A stretch of 59,924 nucleotides of DNA from Bacteroidota bacterium. GTDB taxonomy: Bacteria > Bacteroidota > Bacteroidia > Bacteroidales > NBLH01. The stretch is taken from assembly GCA_039714415.1 (NCBI GenBank), contig JBDLJL010000005.1:1-59924 (forward strand), read 5' to 3'. Positions within the stretch are counted from its first letter, which is position 1. Each line of letters begins with the position of its first letter. The notes below the pieces were generated by a model that was not told the origin of the DNA, made no database searches, and worked only from the letters and a program-made list of their open reading frames with translations. Below, piece by piece: positions 18,757-26,872 of this stretch. Position numbers and translations under genes: made by a program.

Positions 18757-21162
18757 TTATTCATCCCTAAGTGCATCAACTGGGTTTGATGATGATGTTT
18801 TCAAAGCATAAAACCATATTATTGAGAATGTCAGAAACAGCATGAAAAAAGTGGCTAGAACAAAAATCCATAAATCAATGTTTGTTCGGTAGGCAAAAAC
18901 TGTTAGCCATTTCTTTAAGATAAAATAGGCAATCGGCCATGCAATTATATTTGCAGCAATTATGGTTCCTATGAAATCTTTTGTAAATAATATTAAAATA
19001 TCTTGTTCCATTGCACCAATTGCCTTTCTAATACCAATTTCTTTTGTCCTTTGTATTGAAAAAAAAGATGTTAATGCCCAAATGCCTATAGAACTAATGA
19101 TTATTAGTAAAGCTGAGAATAGCCATAGAAAATAATTTAAAATGTCTTCATTTTTATATTGCCTATCTAAAATGCTATTTAATGTGCCATATTCAAAAGG
19201 GTGGTTGGGAGCAAATTTTTTCCAAATCATGAATAGATATTTTAAATCATTTTTTCCAACTTTTTTAAACTTGACTGCCACATATTTTGTATATTCACTC
19301 AAATAATCTTCATTGTCTACTATTTTTATAATCAGTGGACTAACAGGCTTGTGTAATGAACGTGTATTAAAATCCTTAATAACTCCAACAATTCGTTCTT
19401 GTCCCTTATAAGTGGTCAAAGGTTGATTAATGGCATCTTTAACCGATTCAAAGCCTATTAATTTTGAAAGTGTCTCGTTAATTATTAGTTCGTTTTTGGC
19501 AGTTTCGATTTTTTCGGTATTTCCTTTGCTAAAATCTGAACCTGCTAATAATTTAATGTTAAATGTTTTTAAAAAATCATGACGGACAGTTAACAGAGGA
19601 AAAAACTCTACCTTTTTATTATTATTCCTTTTATAAAAATATCTTTGGTGATAAATCCTGTTCCCAATAATATTATCTAATGCGGTTACGTTTTCCACTC
19701 GTTTACTGGCAAGTAGATAGTTTTTAAAATCAGGATATTTTTCTGTTATTGGGGTATTGATAACAGGTAAAATAACTGTATTTCTTACTTCAAATCCCAA
19801 ATCAGTATTTTTCAAATAATGGAGTTGTTTAAAATTAACAAGTACCATAATTAGTAAAATTAATGCTAAGGTATATTGGGTCAATATAAGAAATCTTCCT
19901 GATAGCCATTTTTTATGTAAAAACCCTTTTTTAAATCTTATCGCATGTACTGCCGGGCATGAAGATGCAAACAGCCCTGCATTTATTCCAACAATTAACC
20001 CGGTAAGAATAACCACCCACAATATGAAGGTGAAAATGTGATTGTTAAAAATATGGTTAAATGTTATGTTTTTATCCGTAAGATGGTTTAGAACGGGTAA
20101 AAATGCTTCAACTATAAAAAATGCTATCACCAGGGCTGCGAAACTAAGAATCATTGACTCAATGATAAATTGGGTTATAAGTTGAGGTTTATTTGAACCC
20201 AGTACTTTTCTTATACCGCTTTCTTTTACCCTTGTTAATGAGTCGGTAGTTCTTAAATTTAAAAAATTAATTATTGAAACCAGTAATAAAAACCCTGCAA
20301 TTCCCAGTAAGATAAATAAGTATAATTTTCTGTTATTTGGCTTTATTTCATATTCCAGGGAAGAGTTTAGGTGTATTTCCTGTAAGGGTTGCAGAAATAG
20401 CAATGAATTATCTTTTATAAGCTTATCATAATGATTTTGAATAAATTCTGAAAATTTCGATTCCAGGTCAATTTGTGTTTTTTCCTGTTCTAGCACAATA
20501 TAGGTCCAACAGGAGTTCCACAACCATGAATCAGGGACATAACCAATCATATATTCCAATGTTTCAAATGAGACAAGAATATCTAATTTTACATGACTAT
20601 TTCCTGGCAAATCTTTATAAACTCCAACTACTTTAACTGGAACACCATCAATTAATAATTCTTTACCTATGGGATTAAAATGTCCAAAATACTTTTTCTT
20701 TATTGATTCAGAAATTACAGCGGTTTTAATATCATTAAAATTAGCTCCACCTGTAATAAATTCAAAATCAAAAGCATCAAAAATAGCTGAATCTGTTATG
20801 AAAAAATTCTTCTCATTATAATGTTTTTTTTTGTATTCTATTAATATTGAGGGATTTTGAAAATTAAAGAGGCGAAAATGATTTTCTATCAGCCCTGGGT
20901 AATCTTTTTGTAGACTTTGGGCCAGTGGAAATGGTGTAAGCGCAGATTCCAATAAAGTACTATCCTTATTATAAATAGTTGCAAGCCTGTAAGTTTGTTT
21001 GGATTTAGATTGAAAAGTATCAAAAGAAAATTCATCAAATACATATAAACTAACTAATGTTAGCGATGCCAGACCAATTGAAAAGCTGATTATATTAGCT
21101 AATGAAAAGAATTTGTGCCTTAGCAGATTTCTGAAAGCAATTTTTAAAAAATTCTTCAGCAT
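18757..21162 (-). CDS. ABC transporter permease, FtsX/MacB type (two FtsX modules)
   Basis: 801 aa. N-terminal TM plus a large extracytoplasmic domain plus a 3-4 TM bundle, with the whole unit duplicated. C-terminal NPVDALRDE is typical of this family. Confidence 0.9.
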   Translation of the reverse strand: MLKNFLKIAFRNLLRHKFFSLANIISFSIGLASLTLVSLYVFDEFSFDTFQSKSKQTYRLATIYNKDSTLLESALTPFPLAQSLQKDYPGLIENHFRLFNFQNPSILIEYKKKHYNEKNFFITDSAIFDAFDFEFITGGANFNDIKTAVISESIKKKYFGHFNPIGKELLIDGVPVKVVGVYKDLPGNSHVKLDILVSFETLEYMIGYVPDSWLWNSCWTYIVLEQEKTQIDLESKFSEFIQNHYDKLIKDNSLLFLQPLQEIHLNSSLEYEIKPNNRKLYLFILLGIAGFLLLVSIINFLNLRTTDSLTRVKESGIRKVLGSNKPQLITQFIIESMILSFAALVIAFFIVEAFLPVLNHLTDKNITFNHIFNNHIFTFILWVVILTGLIVGINAGLFASSCPAVHAIRFKKGFLHKKWLSGRFLILTQYTLALILLIMVLVNFKQLHYLKNTDLGFEVRNTVILPVINTPITEKYPDFKNYLLASKRVENVTALDNIIGNRIYHQRYFYKRNNNKKVEFFPLLTVRHDFLKTFNIKLLAGSDFSKGNTEKIETAKNELIINETLSKLIGFESVKDAINQPLTTYKGQERIVGVIKDFNTRSLHKPVSPLIIKIVDNEDYLSEYTKYVAVKFKKVGKNDLKYLFMIWKKFAPNHPFEYGTLNSILDRQYKNEDILNYFLWLFSALLIIISSIGIWALTSFFSIQRTKEIGIRKAIGAMEQDILILFTKDFIGTIIAANIIAWPIAYFILKKWLTVFAYRTNIDLWIFVLATFFMLFLTFSIIWFYALKTSSSNPVDALRDE

Positions 21163-21176
21163 TTTAAATATAATTC

Positions 21177-21857
21177 TTATATTGATTTAATATTTTCAGT
21201 TACGATATGACCATCGAATAATTGGATAATTCTATGAGCTTTATCTGCATCAATGGGTGAATGTGTAACCATAATAATTGTTGTTCCGTTATTATTGAGC
21301 TGGGCTAAAAGGTTCATTACTTCCTCACCATTAACAGAATCAAGATTACCCGTTGGTTCGTCGGCTAATATTAATTTGGGTTTTGTAACCACAGCTCTTG
21401 CAACAGCAATGCGTTGCTGCTGTCCACCTGAAAGCTGTTGAGGAAAATGCCTTTTCCTGTGAGCAATTTGCATGTATTCCAACACTTCCATTACTTTTTC
21501 CTTTCTTTCTGATGGTGAATATTTTAAATATAAAAGAGGTAGTTCTACATTTTCATAAACTGAAAGTTCATCAATTAAATTAAAACTTTGAAAAACAAAA
21601 CCCACATTCTCTTTTCTAAGCCTGGTTCTTTGTCTTTCAGAAAATCTGGATACATTAATTCCCTTAAAATGAATTTCTCCAGATGTGGGGTTATCTAATA
21701 GTCCGAGAATATTAAGTAAAGTTGATTTACCGCAACCTGAAGGTCCCATAATTGCAACAAATTCGCCTTCAGAAATATTAAGGTTTACTTTATTTAAAGC
21801 TGAGGTTTCAACTTCGTCACTTCTGAAAATTTTTACAAGATCTTTTGTTTTCAGCAT
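21177..21857 (-). CDS. ABC transporter ATP-binding protein (MacB/LolD type)
   Basis: Walker [10 protein letters not shown], signature LSGGQQQR, Walker [13 protein letters not shown]. Confidence 0.95.
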   Translation of the reverse strand: MLKTKDLVKIFRSDEVETSALNKVNLNISEGEFVAIMGPSGCGKSTLLNILGLLDNPTSGEIHFKGINVSRFSERQRTRLRKENVGFVFQSFNLIDELSVYENVELPLLYLKYSPSERKEKVMEVLEYMQIAHRKRHFPQQLSGGQQQRIAVARAVVTKPKLILADEPTGNLDSVNGEEVMNLLAQLNNNGTTIIMVTHSPIDADKAHRIIQLFDGHIVTENIKSI

Positions 21858-21859
21858 AG

Positions 21860-22156
21860 TTATTTATTGAGTTTTTTTCTGTAAAGTATATGTATATTTA
21901 AGGATTTTTCCAAAGGTGCAAAAATTTGAATTAATTCCCAGCTTTTATCGTAACTTTCAATTGCTTTTTTTAATTTTTCTACTCGTTCAGAAGAACTTAG
22001 CTCCTTTTTTATTGATTTGCTTCTAGTAAGATCAGTTTCCCAGGGAACAGATTCCAGCCTGTAATAATGTTTTCGATCCTGTTTACCAACCGAAATTTCA
22101 ATTTCTACATGATCTTCATCATTTATATTTGGTAAGGGTATATTGATTTCTCTCAT
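21860..22156 (-). CDS. Small hypothetical protein, tightly coupled upstream of the ABC ATPase
   Basis: 98-aa ORF ending 2 nt before the ATPase start codon. No recognisable motif. Confidence 0.5.
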   Translation of the reverse strand: MREINIPLPNINDEDHVEIEISVGKQDRKHYYRLESVPWETDLTRSKSIKKELSSSERVEKLKKAIESYDKSWELIQIFAPLEKSLNIHILYRKKLNK

Positions 22157-22407
22157 TTTTTATGTATTTTGTCCTGGTATTATAAGCATTAATCCAAAGG
22201 ATATGCCACATAATATAAGTGTCAGTATATTAAAGTAATACATTGTAAATGCTTAATGTAAGTGTACGAAATTGTACACCAGATGTTCAAAATCGGACAG
22301 TGCTGATTAAGTATTTGTTGGATAGGTACAAACAAAGCACTAAAGTAATAAGTATTCTAAATAAAAGAGAAATTAAGAAAAAGAAAAAACGCTTAAAATA
22401 TAATCAC

Positions 22408-24399
22408 ATGAAAAAAATATTATTTTCTATTGGAATTCTTTATTTTTTTAGCATTTCGTGTGCTAACAATAATGGCAACAGTTCGTTACAAAATAAAACG
22501 GTAATAAACAAGTTTACGGATACCACCATTCAGCAGATCATGGAGTTGCGGTATGAACGAAATACGGAAGGATTATTAAAATTTGTAGATAATAAATCTT
22601 CAAAATATCGCGAAACAGTGGCTATGGCATTTGGTTCTGTTCAGGATACTATGGCTATAACAAAGCTTTCAGAGCTTCTTAGTGATAAAGAACCCGGGGT
22701 AAGAATTGCCGCCGCATTTGCTATAGGACAGACAGGCCATGCAAGTGGTGCTGGTATTTTGTATACTCACATATTAACTGAAAAAAATGACTTGGTGAAA
22801 AATCAAATGCTTGAAGCTATTGGCAAATGTGGTGATGAAAAATCTTTACAAAGTATTATTGATTTAAATGCTGGTTCTGAGGATGACGATTTTTCTTCTG
22901 GTAAAGCCATTGCCTTAGCAAGGTTTTCAATAAGGGGGATTTTTAATAATTCTGCTTTGAACGAAATAATTAAATTGATGGGTTCAAAAAAAGTTTCAAG
23001 CATCGTAAAATATAATGCTTCAATTGCTTTAACAAGAATGAAACTTGAATTGTCAGTTTCACAACTTGATACATTGATTGCTGTTTTTAAGCCTGAAAAA
23101 GCCATAAATACAAAATTAAATATAGTATTGGCTGCCGGAAAAAATAAATCAGTAAAGAGCAAGAACTTTCTAATCTCTGTATTGAATGAATCAGAAGACT
23201 ATCGTTTAAGGATAAATGCTTTGCGTTCATTATCTGTATTTGAATATAAATTAGTTAATGAAACTTATTTTCTGGCTTTATATGATTCAAGTGTAAATGT
23301 TGCAATACGTGCATCAGAATATTTCTTGCAAAACGGACAAAATTCAGATACGAATGAATATTATAATCATTCAAATAAAATGAATAATTGGAGAGTAGTT
23401 GCAAACTTGCTGACAGCAGCCCTTAAATATTCAGATGATAAGGAAAGGTTTAGTGAAGCAATTAAAAATAACTATCTGAGATCACAAAACAATTACGAAA
23501 AAGCCTGGTTGCTAAAAGCTTTGGGTGGTGATTTATCGAAACTGGAATTTGTTAAGGATGAAGTATTTTCTTCTGAAATACCAATAATAAGAACATCAGG
23601 TATCGAAGCTCTGGTTAATATGCGTACGCACAATCAATTTGAACAGTATAATAAAAAGCTTATAGCAACTGGTAATAGTGATTTAGAAGATGAATTTGCC
23701 ACAATTTTTAAAGATGCAATTTTATCTGGCGATGTTGCTATGATTTCAATTGCCTCAGGTGCTATAAGAAATCCTGAATTAAATTTAAAAAGTGAGTATG
23801 AAAACATTGATTTTTTAACACAAGCTATATCAAATTGTGAATTGCCAAGACAAATTGAAGCGTACATTGAGTTACAAAAAACTATTGATTATATTAATGG
23901 GACAGAGACTGCTACGCTGCCTGAAATTCAATATAAAAAACTAAATTGGGATGAAATTACAAAAATAAAACCTGATCAAAAGATTGAAATAATTACATCC
24001 AAAGGAAATTTTATGATACAATTGAATGTAGAAGATAATCCGGCTACTGTTGCAGCAATTATAGAATTAATAAAAGGCGATTTTTATAAAAACAAGCATA
24101 TACATCGTGTAGTTCCTAATTTTGTTATCCAGGATGGTTGTCCACGTGGAGACGGGTGGGGAAGTCCTGATTTTTCAATAAAGTCTGAATTTTATAATTC
24201 CTATTATGAGGAAGGATCATTTGGAATGGCTTCAGCAGGAAAAGATACAGAATCCAGTCAATGGTTTGTTACCCATTCGCCAACACCTCATTTAGATGGT
24301 CGCTATACAATGTTTGGAAAAGTTGTTGAGGGACTGGAAGTGGTGCATAAAATTGAAGTAGGCGATGAAATTAAAAATATTCGGTTAATTGAGGAATGA
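22408..24399 (+). CDS. Lipoprotein fusing a HEAT-repeat domain to a cyclophilin-type peptidyl-prolyl isomerase
   Basis: Start taken at MKKILFSIGILYFFSISC (lipobox). HEAT-like repeats (EPGVRIAAAFAIGQTG). C-terminal cyclophilin blocks HRVVPNFVIQDG and FGMASAGKDTESSQWFV. Confidence 0.85.
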   Translation: MKKILFSIGILYFFSISCANNNGNSSLQNKTVINKFTDTTIQQIMELRYERNTEGLLKFVDNKSSKYRETVAMAFGSVQDTMAITKLSELLSDKEPGVRIAAAFAIGQTGHASGAGILYTHILTEKNDLVKNQMLEAIGKCGDEKSLQSIIDLNAGSEDDDFSSGKAIALARFSIRGIFNNSALNEIIKLMGSKKVSSIVKYNASIALTRMKLELSVSQLDTLIAVFKPEKAINTKLNIVLAAGKNKSVKSKNFLISVLNESEDYRLRINALRSLSVFEYKLVNETYFLALYDSSVNVAIRASEYFLQNGQNSDTNEYYNHSNKMNNWRVVANLLTAALKYSDDKERFSEAIKNNYLRSQNNYEKAWLLKALGGDLSKLEFVKDEVFSSEIPIIRTSGIEALVNMRTHNQFEQYNKKLIATGNSDLEDEFATIFKDAILSGDVAMISIASGAIRNPELNLKSEYENIDFLTQAISNCELPRQIEAYIELQKTIDYINGTETATLPEIQYKKLNWDEITKIKPDQKIEIITSKGNFMIQLNVEDNPATVAAIIELIKGDFYKNKHIHRVVPNFVIQDGCPRGDGWGSPDFSIKSEFYNSYYEEGSFGMASAGKDTESSQWFVTHSPTPHLDGRYTMFGKVVEGLEVVHKIEVGDEIKNIRLIEE

Positions 24400-24423
24400 A
24401 AGTGCAGTTTGTTATATGATAGT

Positions 24424-24641
24424 GGCTCAGGTTTAAATATTCTGTGATACTTATTTTCTAGTGTTTTATATTAAATATCAAGTAATTAGCCCTTCGGTTA
24501 GCTCAGGCTAAAAAATTAGTAATTGGTAATTAAAAATGAATGTTGCTTTTATTTAATTACTAATTACCAGTATACTAATTACTTGCTAAATATGTACAAG
24601 GCGATTTTTTAAAATATCCCAAACAATCTAAACTAGAGCGA
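24424..24641 (+). repeat. MITE-like element, copy L (~218 bp) with imperfect terminal inverted repeats
   Basis: Termini GGCTCAGGTTTAAAT ... ATCTAAACTAGAGCG. The two ends match each other in inverted orientation at 11 of 15 positions. The whole element aligns, inverted, with 25923-26117. Confidence 0.65.
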
Positions 24642-24772
24642 TGATAGTTTCTAAGTTGCTCTGAATTAATTGGTTTAGCAATGTTTGATGATGATGAGAT
24701 TTAAGGAAAAAGTTTCAGGTCTGTTGTCATTTTGGATCTCACTCTTAATTTAAAATTTTGATTGATAATAGT

Positions 24773-25366
24773 ATGAAAATAAAAAATATCTGTGTATTCT
24801 GTTCATCAAGTGATGTAATTTCAGAGGATTATAAAAAAGTAGCCAGAGACTTGGCTAAATTAATGGTTGATAAGGATTTTATACTTGTTAATGGAGGTTC
24901 TAAAGTTGGGTTAATGGGAATTATGTCACGAAAAGTAAAAGAAGAGGGAGGAAAGACTGTTGGTGTTATTCCTCAATTGATTTACGATAAAGATCTGGCT
25001 TGCCATAATGCTGATGAACTTATTGTTACTAAGGATATGAGGGAGAGAAAAGAAAAGCTAAGTGAGCTTTCGGATGCCTTTATTGCACTACCAGGAGGTT
25101 TTGGTACTCTTGAAGAACTAATGGAGGTTTTAACCCTTAAACAGCTTGAGGTGCATCAAAAACCTATTGTAATAATGAATACTAATAATTTTTACAAGAA
25201 TTTATTGGAACAATTTGAGGTTTATTATCAAAATGATTTTTCAAAGTCCGATTATAAAAACTTATATTATGTGGCAGAGAATGTAGAAGAGGCAGTTAAC
25301 TATATCAGTCGTTATCAACCTACAGACATAGTTAGTAAATGGTATAAAGCAAACCTCAAGCTATAA
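24773..25366 (+). CDS. LOG-family (TIGR00730) nucleotide 5'-monophosphate nucleosidase-like protein
   Basis: GGSKVGLMG and PGGFGTLEE motifs. The ATG at 24773 is preferred over the TTG at 24758. Confidence 0.85.
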   Translation: MKIKNICVFCSSSDVISEDYKKVARDLAKLMVDKDFILVNGGSKVGLMGIMSRKVKEEGGKTVGVIPQLIYDKDLACHNADELIVTKDMRERKEKLSELSDAFIALPGGFGTLEELMEVLTLKQLEVHQKPIVIMNTNNFYKNLLEQFEVYYQNDFSKSDYKNLYYVAENVEEAVNYISRYQPTDIVSKWYKANLKL

Positions 25367-25493
25367 TTTGAGCAAAAAACTTGACTTTTTCACTAAAATT
25401 TAGTATCTTAATGGTGTCTCTAAAAATACAAAAATTTGAGTGACGCAGAGATTTGTGTTTTTAGAGGTTACCTAATGCTAAAAATAAAAAGTC

Positions 25494-25895
25494 ATGAACC
25501 AGGTTATATGTCCTAAATGTCAAGCGGTTTTAAACCCTGAAAATAATGTAATATTATCAACCAGAAAAAACGATGGTAAGTGGGGATTAATTTTGCTGAG
25601 TTCCCAGGTAGGTGATTATACCATGTACAATCATAAAAGTTTTCATATTACTGCAGGCGAGTTGGTTGAGTTATACTGTCCTGCCTGTCATGTGGCTTTG
25701 TCAGATTATGCTCAGGATAAGAATTTGGCAGGGCTTGAGTTAATTGATGAGATTAATCAAAAATATACTATTTTGATTTCATCAGTTGCCGGTGAAAAAT
25801 GTACCTACAAAATAGTAGATGGCAAAATAGAATCATTTGGTAAGGATTCTGAAAAATACAGGTTTGATTATCAAAACCTTGTTGATTTAACATAG
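25494..25895 (+). CDS. Small protein with two CxxC pairs (zinc-ribbon-like), unknown function
   Basis: CPKC at the N-terminus and CPAC about 60 residues later. 133 aa. No family recognised. Confidence 0.6.
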   Translation: MNQVICPKCQAVLNPENNVILSTRKNDGKWGLILLSSQVGDYTMYNHKSFHITAGELVELYCPACHVALSDYAQDKNLAGLELIDEINQKYTILISSVAGEKCTYKIVDGKIESFGKDSEKYRFDYQNLVDLT

Positions 25896-25922
25896 GTGAG
25901 GATACAATCGTATTTATGGGTT

Positions 25923-26117
25923 TCGCTCTAGTTTAGATCGTCTGGGATATTTCTAATATCTGCAATGCATATTGTTGGCAAGTTGTTAGAATACAGGTTA
26001 TTAGTAATTGATGATAATTAGCATCTATTTTTAATGACCAATAGCTAATGACTAATTACCTGTAAATTAAAACATAGAAAACAATTATAAGCTCCTCAGA
26101 ATATTTAAACCAGAGCC
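25923..26117 (-). repeat. MITE-like element, copy R (~195 bp), inverted relative to copy L
   Basis: The reverse complement begins GGCTCTGGTTTAAATATTCTG and ends AAATATCCCAGACGATCTAAACTAGAGCGA. It is collinear with 24424-24641 at roughly three-quarters identity by eye. Confidence 0.65.
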
Positions 26118-26178
26118 ATGGGTTTATTCAGGAGTGGTTCCCGTTTTTGGAAAAATTTGGTATCTACAATTATCTGAA

Positions 26179-26754
26179 TTACATTCCAATATCCTCAGCA
26201 ATCTCGGTCATAGCATCAATTGAGATTTGAAGAAAAGTATCAAGGTCAATACCCGTTTTCTCAATATCATAAATAAATTCACGATTAACAGAAGCTGCAA
26301 ATGCTTTTGACTTCAACTTCTTTTTAATTGATTTAACTTTAGTACCGGCAATTTTTTTATCCGTCTTCATTAATACATAAGCAGAAATCATACCCGTAAT
26401 ATTTTCAGCTGCGGAGAGAATAATTTCAAAATCTGTTTCGCGTTTGGCATCATTTCCACTAACCCCTTCGGTGTGTGAAATAATGGCTTTAAACATTTCA
26501 GGGATATCATAACCTTCTTCTTTAAGAATATCAACTGTTTTGTAACCATGTAGAGAATAATCGCCATTAATTACATCCATGTCCAGATCGTGTAAAAGTC
26601 CCGTTATTCCCCAAAAATCTTCTCCTTTACTAAAGTGAACAGCTAATTTTCGCATAATTGCCTCACTTTCCAATGTGTGAAATTGTAAATACTCAGTTGT
26701 TAAATATTTATTCCAGATTTGACGGGCTTCGTCTATGTTTATTTCAGTTTTCAT
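26179..26754 (-). CDS. HD-domain metal-dependent phosphohydrolase
   Basis: H...HD pattern (LLHDLD) and downstream ISHTEG histidine. About 190 aa, stand-alone HD type. Confidence 0.75.
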   Translation of the reverse strand: MKTEINIDEARQIWNKYLTTEYLQFHTLESEAIMRKLAVHFSKGEDFWGITGLLHDLDMDVINGDYSLHGYKTVDILKEEGYDIPEMFKAIISHTEGVSGNDAKRETDFEIILSAAENITGMISAYVLMKTDKKIAGTKVKSIKKKLKSKAFAASVNREFIYDIEKTGIDLDTFLQISIDAMTEIAEDIGM

Positions 26755-26872
26755 GTTTTATTATTTTTAACTACAAAGGACACTAAGAACCACAAAGAAA
26801 AGATAATTTATGTTTCTTACTATTTATCATTAGTTCTATAAATTTTCAGTGGTTTTGAACAATCTATAATCT

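Noticed and set aside
22249-22407. 53-codon N-terminal extension of the HEAT/cyclophilin ORF
   Set aside because: The extension is lysine-rich spacer-like sequence. The internal Met at 22408 is followed by a classic lipoprotein signal.
24424-26117. Interpretation of the inverted repeats as a site-specific invertible (phase-variable) segment
   Set aside because: No invertase or recombinase gene is in or next to the segment. The arms have diverged by roughly a quarter of positions and differ by an indel. Each arm also has its own TIRs, so two MITE copies is the better reading. It is kept as an alternative inside the finding.
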